From an uncultured Rubrivivax sp. (lineage in GTDB: Bacteria > Pseudomonadota > Gammaproteobacteria > Burkholderiales > Burkholderiaceae_C), in contig CAZUPH010000001.1 of assembly GCA_964621995.1 (NCBI GenBank), forward strand, positions 2,482 through 66,481: a stretch of 64,000 bases of DNA, read 5' to 3'. The notes under the pieces are model-generated. The model made no database searches and was not told the origin of the DNA. It saw nothing but the letters and a program-made list of their open reading frames with translations. Shown piece after piece: positions 1-11,200 of this stretch. Positions within the stretch are counted from its first letter, which is position 1. Every line of letters starts with the position of its first letter. A program made the position numbers and the translations under genes.

Positions 1-165
1 ACCGGCTACCAGGCCAGCTCGTCCACGGCCAGCTACTCGCCGAACGGCACCTGGCGCTTCGACATGGTCAGCGTGCAGGCTTCGCCGATCCCGGAGCCGG
101 GCTCGTGGGCCCTGCTGATCGCCGGCCTGAGCGCCGTGGGCTTCGTCGCCCGGCGGCGCAACTGA
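1..165 (+). CDS. PEP-CTERM sorting domain protein, 3' end only (partial)
   Basis: Frame 1 reads ...GTWRFDMVSVQASPIPEPGSWALLIAGLSAVGFVARRRN*: PEP motif, hydrophobic helix and basic tail. Not in the ORF track because the start is outside the window. Confidence 0.9.
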   Translation, partial: TGYQASSSTASYSPNGTWRFDMVSVQASPIPEPGSWALLIAGLSAVGFVARRRN

Positions 166-321
166 GCCACCGGCGCCCTGCCCGGCCGCCGATGGTTGCC
201 GCCTGCCCGCGCTGCCGCAGGCGGCGCGCTTGCCTCGACGGCAGCGTGGGCGAGACCCCGCGCGACACCCGTGCGCCCCCCGTTGTGACGCCCCCTGCCA
301 AGCCCTTCCGAGGAGCCTCCG

Positions 322-2211
322 ATGATCCCCACCCCTGACCGCACGGGCCGCCGCGCAGGCCTGGCCATGGCCCTGGCGCTGACGGCATTCGGCGCACAAG
401 CGCAGCTCATCGGCGCCATCCAGGGCCGCAGCCATGTCTCGCCGCTGGCTGGTGTCCAGCTGGGGGACGTGCTGGGCGTCGTCACCGCGGTCGACGCCAA
501 CGGCTTCTGGATGCAGGATGCCGGCGACGGCGACGCGCTGACTTCCGACGCGATCTACGTCTTCCGCGGCACCGCCGGCAGCAAGCCGGTGCCGGGCGAT
601 GCCGTCAGCGTGCGCGGCCGCGTGCAGGAGTTCCGCCCTGGCAACAATGCGAACAACCTGACGACGACGCAAATCAACGCCACCGCCAGCTTCGCCGGCG
701 CGTGGAACCTGGTCTCGGCCAACAACCCGCTGCCGGCGCCCCGGGTCGTCGACCTCGGCTTCCTGCCGCCCGCGGCGATCGCGCCGGCGGTCGGCAACGT
801 CGAGACGGCCGCCGGCTACACACTGCAGCCCGCGCGGTACAGCATGGACTTCTACGAGTCGCTGGAAGGCATGCGGGTGGCGCTGCCCACGGCGCAGGCG
901 GTCGGCCCGACGAACCAGTTCGGCGAGATCCCGCTCGTCGCGCAGGCGCAGGTCGGCCGGCCCGACAGCGTGTGGACGCCGCGCGGCGGCGTGGCCCTCG
1001 CCCCGGGCAACTTCAACGGGCAGCGCCTGATGATCGACGACCGACTGCGCGCGACGCCCAGCGTCAACGTCGGCGCCCGTCTGAGCGAGGTCGTCGGCGT
1101 GCTGGACTACAGCTTCAGCAACTACAAGCTCTTCATCACCCAGGCGCCCAACGTGGTCGACGACACGCTGCAGCGGCAGGTCGCGGACATCGCGCCGGGC
1201 CGGCTGGGCCTCGCCAGCTACAACGCGCTCAACCTGGGCGTGGATGCCAGCGATGCGCGCATGCAGGGCATCGCGACCCAGATCCGCCACAACCTGGGCG
1301 CACCGCAACTGCTCGCGCTGCAGGAGGTCATGGACAACGACGGCACCGCCAACAGCGGCGTGGTGGCCTCCGACCTGACGCTGGGCCGGCTCGCCACTGC
1401 GCTGGGCGCGCAGACCGGGCGCACCTACGCTTGGGTGGCGGTCGACCCGGTCGACGGCGCCGACGGCGGCGTGCCGGGCGGCAACATCCGCAACGCCTAC
1501 CTGTACGACACCGCGCGCATCAGCTTCTCGGGCGTCGTCGGCGGCGCACTGGATGCGGTGACCGCCAGCGCGTCGGCCGATGGCCAGATCGTCCTGAACC
1601 TGGGCGCCGGCCGCATCGAGCCCGCCGACGCCGCCTGGAGCGACAGCCGCAAGCCGCTGGTCACCGAGTTCACGGTGGACGGCCAGCAGTTGATCGTCAT
1701 CAACAACCACTTCAACAGCAAGGGGGGCGACCAGGCGCTGTACGGGCCGGCGCAGCCGCCGACCCGCGTCACGGAAGTGCAGCGCGCCGAGCAGGCCCGT
1801 GTGGTGGCCAGCTTCGTCGAAGGCCTGCTGGCGATCAATCCGCACGCCAACATCGTCGTCACCGGCGACTTCAACGACTTCCAGTTCGCACAGACGCTCG
1901 CGCCCCTGCTGGCGGCGGGCTTGACCAACCTGACGGATCTGCTGCCCGAGGGCGAGCGCTACACCTACAACTTCGAGGGCAACGCGCAGGCCCTGGACCA
2001 CATGTTCGTGTCGGCCAACCTGCTCGCCAAGGGCGACCTGAGCTACCAGATCGTGCATGCGAACAGCGAGTTCTTCGACGCCGTCTCCGACCACGACCCG
2101 CTGCTGCTGACGCTGGGCTCGGTGCCGGCCCCGGTTCCCGAGCCCGGCACGGTGGCGATGCTGCTGCTGGGCCTGGCGGCGCTCGGACGAGCGACGCGCC
2201 GGCCGCGCTGA
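322..2211 (+). CDS. ExeM/NucH-like extracellular endonuclease (OB-fold + EEP domain) with C-terminal PEP-CTERM anchor
   Basis: Signal peptide (AQA); IGAIQG..HVSPL and GFWMQD..GDGD..TSDAIYV OB-fold segment; YESLEGMRV; EEP motifs LQEV, GDFND, LDHMFVS, SDHDP; ends VPEPGTVAMLLLGLAALGRATRRPR. Confidence 0.9.
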   Translation: MIPTPDRTGRRAGLAMALALTAFGAQAQLIGAIQGRSHVSPLAGVQLGDVLGVVTAVDANGFWMQDAGDGDALTSDAIYVFRGTAGSKPVPGDAVSVRGRVQEFRPGNNANNLTTTQINATASFAGAWNLVSANNPLPAPRVVDLGFLPPAAIAPAVGNVETAAGYTLQPARYSMDFYESLEGMRVALPTAQAVGPTNQFGEIPLVAQAQVGRPDSVWTPRGGVALAPGNFNGQRLMIDDRLRATPSVNVGARLSEVVGVLDYSFSNYKLFITQAPNVVDDTLQRQVADIAPGRLGLASYNALNLGVDASDARMQGIATQIRHNLGAPQLLALQEVMDNDGTANSGVVASDLTLGRLATALGAQTGRTYAWVAVDPVDGADGGVPGGNIRNAYLYDTARISFSGVVGGALDAVTASASADGQIVLNLGAGRIEPADAAWSDSRKPLVTEFTVDGQQLIVINNHFNSKGGDQALYGPAQPPTRVTEVQRAEQARVVASFVEGLLAINPHANIVVTGDFNDFQFAQTLAPLLAAGLTNLTDLLPEGERYTYNFEGNAQALDHMFVSANLLAKGDLSYQIVHANSEFFDAVSDHDPLLLTLGSVPAPVPEPGTVAMLLLGLAALGRATRRPR

Positions 2212-2216
2212 GGTCG

Positions 2217-2240
2217 GCCTGCCGGCCGGCGCCGGCAGGC
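2217..2240. terminator. GC-rich hairpin between convergent genes, possible bidirectional terminator
   Basis: GCCTGCCGGC-CGGC-GCCGGCAGGC, perfect 10-bp stem filling the gap between two convergent stop codons; no U-tract. Confidence 0.5.
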
Positions 2241-2242
2241 TC

Positions 2243-5200
2243 CTAGGGTCTGCTCCGTGGCGGCTCGGCGGGGAGCCGCTTGCGGCACTCCTCGAGTGCC
2301 GGCCCGCTCAGGCCCTCGCAGGGCTCGCCCGGGCCGGTGCCCAGCAGTTCGACCGTCAGCAAGGACTGTCGCTCGCGTGCGCCGCTCTCGGCGGCCGCGG
2401 CCTCGGGGCCGGCGGTGCCCCGGTCGTCGGCAGCGACCGGCGGCGGGCTGCTCACCGTGGCCGGTGGCGCAGCGACGACCGCGGCGGCGCCGCTGACGCT
2501 GCCGCCGCCCAGGTTGTCCGCACCGCGCACCGCGGCCCCGAGCTCGATGCGGGGCGCGCGGATGAAGGCATCCAGCGCCAGGATCTCGCCGAAGGCCGGG
2601 TACAGGCCGATGCGGCCGTCGACGCGGCCGTCGGCGTCGGGAACGATGCCCAGGCCGCTGCCGGTGGTGGTGGCCGGGATCTCGAAGACCACGCCGTCGG
2701 CCGAGCGCCGGGGCGCCAGCGGCGGCGCCGCGACGGCGGTGTTGGCGCCGCGGCCGCTGTCGATGTCGCCAGCCGAGGACCAGATCGCCATGTCGCCGCG
2801 GCCGACGATGAAGACCCGCTGCACGTTGACCTGGAAGTCGTCGCGCGCGTAGCCGTACACGTTGCCGCCGCCGAGCGCGATCACCCCCCGGGGGCCGTCG
2901 CCGCCGGCGTCCTTCAGGCCCACGTTGATCGCACCGCCGGGGTTGACCAGCGCGATGTCGCCCCCGCGCTCGGTGATCACCGCGCTCTGCGTCATGTCCA
3001 GCGCACCGGTGTGGCGGATCAGCGGCGCGCCCGGCCAGGGCGGCTGGGCGACGAAGCTGCCCACGCCGGCCAGCTCGGCGACCCGGAAGCCCTGGTCCAG
3101 CAGGGCCAGCCGCATCGGCAGCGCGAGGCGCCCGAAGTTCGCGGCGGCGCTGGCGGCGGCAGCGGTCTCGCGCTCGAGCACCTGTTCCCTGTACCGGTCC
3201 AGGTCCGTGGGCGAGTCGCGGCCGGCGGCGACCAGCGCCTGCCAGCCTTCGCGCACCTCGTTCAGAGACGCCACCCGCGCCGCCACGGTGGCGTCGAGGT
3301 CCAGCCCGTCGAAGCTCAGCGCGCGCACGCGCTCGAGATAGGCCGCGAGTTCGCCGCCCGAGAGGCGCTCGCGCCCGGGCAGCACGAGCACGCCCTGCGA
3401 ATTCAGTGCGGCCTCGCCCGCTGCCAGCAGGTCGCGCTTGCGCCGCTCGAAGCCCTCGCGCAGCGCCGCCGCCACCGAGTCGACCGTCGCGGCCGGCGTG
3501 TCCAGATAGCTGCGGCGGAAGGCGTCCGCGAGGATCCGGCGGCCGAGTTCGGCCTGGGTGTCGGCGGAGAAGTCCTGGAAGGCCTGCCAGGCGGCCGCGG
3601 GATCGAGCCCGGGTGCGCCGAGCCGTTCCTGCACCAGGCGGGTCAGCAGGGCCTGCACCTGGGTGTCGTCGCGGCGCCAGCGGTCCATCTCGGCCAGGTC
3701 TAGCACGCCTGCGGTGGCGGCGGCGAGCCGGATCGACGCGCCCGCCGGCGGCAGTGCGGCGCTCTTGAGGTTGCCTATCGTGACGAGGCCCCGGGAACTG
3801 CCCAGGTTCACGTCGCGGCCGGCGCGCAGGTCCAGCGCACCCGGGCCGCCGAGTTCGACGTAGCCCTGCAGTCCGGCCAGCAGGTTGCGGCCGGCGACGA
3901 TCTCGGTCCGGTCGTCCGGGAGGAGGTTCTGCCCGAGCAGCCTCAGGTTCAGGATGTCCAGCCCGGCTGTCAGGGTGGCCGGCTTGGGCATCACCCAGGT
4001 CGACAGGCCCTCGCCCAGCAGCGAGCCGCCGGCATGCAGCCCGATCGGCGACACCGGCTGCAGGGCGCCGGCATGAACCGCGGCGCGCGGCAGCGCGTCG
4101 GCCAGCGCATTGGCCACCAGCGAGTCGCTGTTGGTGAGCAGCGTGCCGAGCACCTCCGGCCGCCGGAAGCCGGGCCACAGCGCCGGGTCGCTGTCGCTCA
4201 TCGCGAAGACGGTGTTCGACCCGATGCCCAGGCGCAGGTCGGCGCCGGCCCACAGCCGCAGGTCGGCGCCCGCGTCCGGAAACAGCATGGCGCTCTGCGT
4301 GCCCAGCATGCGCAGCGCGCCGCCGGTGGCATACGCGGCAAGCGACGGCGGCAGCACCCGCAGCGCGCCCTGCAAGGCCGTCGCGTTCGCGAGACCGAAG
4401 CCGCTGCTGACCGTGGGCACGTCGAGCACGAGCGCGCCGGCCGCTGCGCGCAGTTCGAGGCCGGCGTCGTCGCCCCAGGTGTAGAAGTAGCGCGACAGGT
4501 TGGCGCGCTGCGCCAGCGGCGGCGCCGCGGTCGGGTTGAGGGTGCCGCCGATCGAGAGGTCCAGCCGCGCCTGCAGCGCGTGGCGGCCGCCGTTCATCTG
4601 GGCCAGCAGGACGTCGGCCAGCCCGAAGTTGCCTTGCGCCGCGGCGATGTGGCGACCTGCGCTGAGGCGGGCCTGCCCGCCGGCGACCAGAAACTGCCCG
4701 CCCAGCAGGTCGCGCCCGGCCTGCACCTCGAGGTCGCCGCCGCCGCGCAGCTGCAGCGTGGCGGCGGCCGGATCGCGGCTGTCGGCCCAGCCGACGGACG
4801 GCAGCATGGCCTGCAGGTTGACGATGTCGCGCCCGGCCTCCGCCCGCAATGCGGCGCCACCGAAGGCGCCCAGTGTCTGCGCGAAGGCACCGAACTCGGG
4901 CCACCACGCGAGCTGGCTGGCACCGGCATACAGGCCCGCATCGGCACCGGTCGGCGGGATCAGGCCGCTGCGCCACAGCCAGTTGTTGACGAGCTGGCCG
5001 GCTTCGGGCGCGACGATGTCGCGGCCGGCCTGCACCTCCAGCCGCAGGCCCCCGCCGGTGAGCTGCGGCTTGGCGGCCTGGCGCGAGAACAACGCGTCGA
5101 GCACGCCGGCCGCCTCGGCCAGCGGCGCCCCGGCCACGTAGGCCGCCGCCGCGCTGTTGCCGCTGCCGCCGAAGAGCAGGTCCCGCGCCGCGGCCATCTC

Positions 5201-8200
5201 GATGCTGCCGGCACCCGTGCGCACCCGCACGTTGGCAGCCAGGCTCAGGTCGCCCGCGCTGTCGGCGCGCGTGGCCAGCGGGTCGGCCGCAGCCAGGTCG
5301 GCGCCGCCGACGAGCCGCAGGGACCAGCTCTGGCCGTCGGCGAGCAGCGCCGCGCCAGGCGCCGCCGTCAGGAAGCCGTCGTTCAGGCTCTGCGCGAGCG
5401 TCAGCGTGCCCGCGGCAAGCAGCGTCAGGGCCCCTGCGTGGCCGCCCGGGCGTTCGCCGGCCAGGTTCCATGCGCTGGCGAGCGTGAGATCGGCCGGCGA
5501 GCGCACCTCGACACCGGCACGCAACGAGAAGCGTGCGGCGTCCTGCGTGCCGACACCGAGCGCGGCCAGCGCGTCGGGTGCCGTGGCGGCGAACGCGGCG
5601 TTGTCGGCCGCCACCGTGGCCGTGCCCAGCGTGCTGCCGCTGCTGGTGCCGCTGCGGATGCTAGTGATGCCCTCGTACACGCGCACGGCCTCGAGCACCA
5701 CCTCGGCGGCCTGCAGCGCCGCCGGGTCCAGAGGCGCCACCGCCAGGCCGCGCCCGTCGCCAGTGCGCGCGGCGCGCAGCGTGACGCGGCCGTCGCCGGC
5801 CTGGACGACGGCATCCGGCGCCAGGTGCACCGAGCCGTCGCGGCTCGTGGCCAGCAGCTCGCCGCCGCGAGCGCCGGCACGCTGCGCGCTCACGTCGATG
5901 CGGCTGCCCGCGCCCAGCCCCAGGTCGTCGCGCGCGGCCAGGCGCACGAGGCCGCCGTCGTCGGCGCGAGCGTCGAGCAGCGCGCCCTCGATGTGCAGCG
6001 CGCCGGCGTCGGCGGCGAGTTCGATGCGGCGGGCGCGCAGCCCGCTGGCCACCACGAGATCGCCCTCGCGCACGCGCAGGGCGAGGCTTCCTTCGATGCC
6101 GCCCACGGCGGCCGCGGCCATCAGCGGCGCCGCATCGTCCAGCGTGCGCAGGTCCAGCGCGAGCTCGCCGCCGCGGTCGCTGCCGCGATGGCCGCCGCCG
6201 GCGGCGATCGCAGCGGTGGCGCCCAGCCGCAGCGTGCCGCCGTCTCCGGAGGCAGTCACGCGGACGCGGCCGCCGTCGCCCTCGCCCGGCTGCCCGTCGG
6301 CACGGCGCGCTGCACTCGCGTCGAGCCGCCCCTGCAGCTCGACGGCCCCTTGATCCGCCTGGATCACCAGCGTCCCGGCGGGGCTGTCGGCGACGAAGCC
6401 GCGGCCGTTGTCCAGCGCCTGCCCGGCCACCGAGGTGGTCGAGCCGGGGCCCAGGCGGATTGCGATGCCGTCGGCGCTGCGGCCCGTCGCCTGCAGCGTC
6501 AGCGCGCCCGAGGGCAGCGCGATGTGGCCGTCCTGCACCAGGGTCTGTGCGCGCAGCGTCACGGCGGCGCCCAGGCCGACGGTCTCGCCGAGGGTGCGTG
6601 CGCCGGCCTCCGTGGCCACGCGCAGGGTGCCGTCCTCGGCGGCGAGACCATGGTCGGCGGCCGACAGGGCGGTCAGCCGCGCCGCCGCCAGCGTGAGGTC
6701 GCCCGCGGCGCTGACGCCACCGGCCCCTGCCAGCACGAGGTCGCCCTGCGAGCGAAGCTGAACTTCGGCGGCGGCCAGCGTCAGCAGGCCGGGCCCGATC
6801 GAGAGGCCACCGGTTCGCCCTTCGCGCAGCGGCGGGACGGCCAGCAGCTGCAGCGCGCTGCCGGGCTCGGCCATCTCCGCGGCCGGCGCCGGCCCGACCA
6901 GGGAATTGCGCAGTTCGATCTCGCGTGCCGCCACGCGTGCCCGCCCCGGGCTGCCGTCGGCGGCGGATCGCACCCCGACCAACGGTGCGTCGAGCGTGAG
7001 CGCCCCCAGCACCAGGCCGGGCTCGCCGGCGGGCCCGGGCGCCGTCCAGTCCTGAGCGCCGACGAAGTCGATGCGCGTGTAGCTGCGCAGGGCCAGCGCT
7101 TCGCTGCCCTGCACTGCCCCCAGCAGCGTGCCATCCAGCACGGTGGTGGCGGGGTCGCCGTCGGGGTCGCCCCCGAGCGCGATGCGCGGTGCGGTCAGGG
7201 CCAGTCGGCCGGCGTCGAAGTCGGCCGACGGTGCAATGTCCAGCCCGGCAGTGGCGTCCAGGCCCACCGTAGCGCCTGACAGCGTGGCCGCAGCCCCCAG
7301 CGTCAGCCGGCCGGCGGCCAGCAAGGCGCCGTCGCGCGTGGCGGTCAGCGCGTTGGCCGAAACGAAGGCCAGCGCGCCGTCGCCGTCCAGCAGCAGGCGC
7401 CGCGCGCCCAAGGTGCCCCGGGCCCCGGCCGCGAGCCGGCTGCCGTCGGCCAGGTCGAGCGTGCCCGCCGATGCCAGCACCAGTTCCTCCAGGACCAGCG
7501 CCGTGTCGCCGAGGTCGACGCGCAGGGCCTGCGTGCCGCGGGCATCCAGCGACTGCTCCACGATGCCGTCGGCGGCGACGCCGGCTTCGGTGCGCCGGCC
7601 GCCGACCAGCACGCTGCCGGCACCGCTGGCCGCCAGCGTGCCGGCCTCCAGGCCGAAATGGCCGGCCGGCGCCTTCGCCAGCGAATCCACCAGCGCCAGC
7701 CGCGTGGCCGCGATGTCCAGCGTGCCGGCGCGCCCACCCGCGGCGGCGGCGGCGATCTCGCCGCGCCAGCTGGAACCCGCATCGCCGCTGACCCGCACGC
7801 TCAGGGCCCCGCCGTCCACCGGCCGCTGCGGCGGCGGTGCGTCCACCGCCGCCGCGTAGCCCGCCAGCAGCGCGCCCACGCTGGTCAGTCGCACGTCGCT
7901 GCGCTGTGTGTGGACCGGCAGCGACAGCACCTCGAAGCGTTCGCCCGGCGGGCCGAGGAAGTCCGACCCGGCGTCGCGCAGGCTGCCGGTGACGATCACC
8001 CCGCCGTCGTCCTGCACCAGCGGCGCGCCCAGCAGCGCAGCGCCCTGGTCGGCGGCGCGCCGCACCAGGAAGGCACCCTGGGGCAGCGAACCGCCGAGCA
8101 GCGCATAGCGCGCCGGCAGCAGCGTGTAGGCCCCGCGCACGAGCCCGGCGCCGTCCATCGTGATCACCAGCTCGCGGCCGGGTCCGCCGCCATCGGCAGG

Positions 8201-11200
8201 GCCGCCGGACAGCGCCACCGAGGCCGTGGTGCCCAGGTCCGGCAACACGGCATAGAGGTCCGGTGTGTCGTACACGTCGCGGCTGCCGCCGACACCGGGG
8301 AAGAATTCCCAGGCCAGGACGTCGCCGCCGCCAGCCACGTCGACCCTCGCGCCGGCGGCGGCCTCGAGCGCCGGCGCGGTCAGCGTCACCGCCTTGGCCA
8401 GCGGCAGCGTCGTCGGCTGGTCGGTGCCCAGGCGACCCTGCGAGGGCAGCTGCCAGGTCGTCAGGTTGACCGTGCTGCCGTACAGCCGCGTCGCGCCGGC
8501 TCCGGAGACGCTGGTCAGGCTGCCGTCGCCGAGCAGCAGGCGCTCGCGTGCTTCCAGCGTGAGCGCGCCGAACGGCTGCCACAGCACGCCCCGGTGCTCT
8601 ATCGAGTCGGCCTGCAACAGCAGCTCGCCGAAGACGCTCAGCGGTGCCGTGGTGGCACCGCCGCCGGGTCCGGTTCCCAGCAGCAGCCGGCTGGCCTCGC
8701 CACCTCCGACGGTGAACAGCGAGGCCGTCGTCGCGAAGGTGCGTGCGGCATCGAGCCTGAGCGTGCCGTCGAAGGCGAGCAGGCCTTCACGCTGGGTCGG
8801 GTCGCCCGGGCTCTGCGGGTTGACGGCGCTCAGGCGCAGCTCGCCGCCGGCGGCACCCGCGTCCAGGTGCACGTCCGAGTAGCCCTGCAGCCACAGCCTG
8901 CCGACCACGTCCACCGTGCGGGCGCGTGCATGCAGCCGAGTCGCCGCAGCCGGATCGGTGTCAGGCACCGCACGTGCATCGGCCGCCGGCGCATTGCGGC
9001 TGCCGGTCTGGTCGCCCAGGATCACCTGGTGGGCGCCCAGCACCACCGTGGCTGCAGGTGCGGCCGAGATCACCGGCGTGTCCAGCGTGACCGCGATCGG
9101 CGCGCCGAGGCTGGCGGAGGTCTCGAAGTGCACGCGGTCACCGGCGCCCAGCCGCCACTGGTCGAAGCCGGCGTCGGCCAGCAGCGCCAGCGGCACGTAG
9201 GCGACGCCGTTGCCCAGCGTCGCCACGAGATCCTCGCCGAAGGCCGCCCCGCGGCGGCCCGCGACGTCGCCGTGCGCACCGACGACCGCGACCCGCTCGC
9301 CATCGGGAAAGGCCGGGCCGGCCGTGAAGCGCCCGACGCCGCCCACGCCGACGCCGATGTCCAGCGCGCCGCCGTCGGCGAGCGCGCGGCCGGCTGCGTC
9401 GGCCGGCGCGCGTGCCGAGACGCTGCCATCGAGCACCACGCCTTCCGGGCTGCGCACCGTCCAGCGCCCGGCCGGTCGCGCCACGAGCTGGGGCGCCGCC
9501 GCGCCGGGCAGGTGGACGAGGGCCGCGGCGCCGTCGAGCAGCGTCGTCGATCCCGCCTCGGCGACGGCATAGCCGCGCCCGGCCTGCCACTCGATCCGGC
9601 CGCCGCCCAGCACCGTGCCGGTGAGCCGCTCGCCGGCGCCGGGGCCGCCGCCGCCGAAGGTGCTGGCCGTGGTCGGCGTCGAGTCGGGGCGAAGCTCGAC
9701 CGTGCCCGCCACCGACTGCACGGCACCGGCGCCGAGCCACAGCACCTGGCGCGGGTCGAAGCCGATGGGATCGTTGGCGCCCTCCGAGGGGTTGTTGCGG
9801 CCGCGCTCGCCCAGCAGTTCGAGCCGGATCGTGCCGCCCGGCACCTCGAGCCGGGTGGTGTGGCCGGGCTCGCCGCCCTGCACGCCCACCGACAGGCTGC
9901 CTGTGGCGGCCAGGTTCAAGGTGCCGCCGGCCTCCAGCCGCAGCGTGGCGCCACGCTCCACCGCCAGGTCGCTGGCCGCCACGCCGAGTTGCGGATTGGG
10001 CGCACGGGCGGCCTTGAGCGCCAGGTCGACCGGCCGCCGATCGGCCAGTTGCTCGTCCACCGGCAACGCGCTGGCCACCGCCTCGTCCATGCGGCCGCTG
10101 GGCACGCGCCGCTGCCCGGGCGCCGGGAGCCAGCTGGCCAGCACCGGTTCGACGCGCGTGCCCGCGGTGATGCGAACGTCGCCGTAGGCGTCGACCGCGA
10201 TGCGGCCGAAGCCACCGGCCGAGAAGAAGCCCGGTGCAAGTCCGAAGCCGAAGCCGCTCGCCCCCGGGTCGCCGTCGCCGACCCAGAGGTCGGGCGAAGC
10301 GATCGACAGGCTGCCGCCGCGGCCGGCATCGAATCCGCGCAGCACGGCTCCGGCGAACTCGAGCCGCGTCGCGAAGAGGTCCGAACGGCCGGCCGCCAGC
10401 GCCAGCGCGCCGGCCTCGCCCCAGCGCAGCGCGCCGTCGGCGGACAGCCGTGCACCCCCGGAGACGTCCAGCCAGGCCCCGGGCGCGAGGCGCAGGTCGT
10501 GCGCCGCCGCCAGCTCCAGCTTGCCGCCGTCCAGCGGCGCCGCTGCGAGCCTGGTCGCAACGCCGCCCAGCGTGTCGTTGGTCCACAGGCCGGCCACGTC
10601 CAGCCGGGTGCGCGCCGAGATGACGATGTCGCCGATGCCCGTGTCGGCCGAGTCCGGACCGGCCTGGTCGGTCCGCACGCGCAGCACGCCGCCGGACGCC
10701 GAGAACTCGCCGTCCAGCCACACCGACTTGGCCAGGATGTCGAGCTCGCCGGCAAGCCCGAGATCGAGGCGGCCGAAGACCGGCTGCACGACCTCCGCGG
10801 CACGCAGCTCGAGGCGCCCGAAGCCGCCGGCCGCCACCGTGTCCAGCGACAGCCGCGTGGCTGCGCGCAAGGCGTCCAGCGGCGCGGCCAGCGGATCGGC
10901 CCAGGGCGCGACCTCGAGGGCCGGCGCGCCGCCGACCAGCTCCAGGCGCGGCAGGTAGGGGCTGGCGACATTGCCGGCCACCGGCGCGCGCCCGACCGCC
11001 AGCGTGGCCGGGCGCGCCGCGGCGTCCAGGCCCGCCGCCTGCCGCTCGCCCGCGAGAACCTGGCCCTGCAGCGTGCCGGCGACCGCCAGGCGGCGCCCGC
11101 CCAGCACGAGCGTGCCGCCGTCCCGGCCCTCGTCGTAGGCCGGCAGCGTGACGGCACGGGTCTGCGCCAGCAGGCTGTCGTAGCGCGTGCCGGCGGCGGC

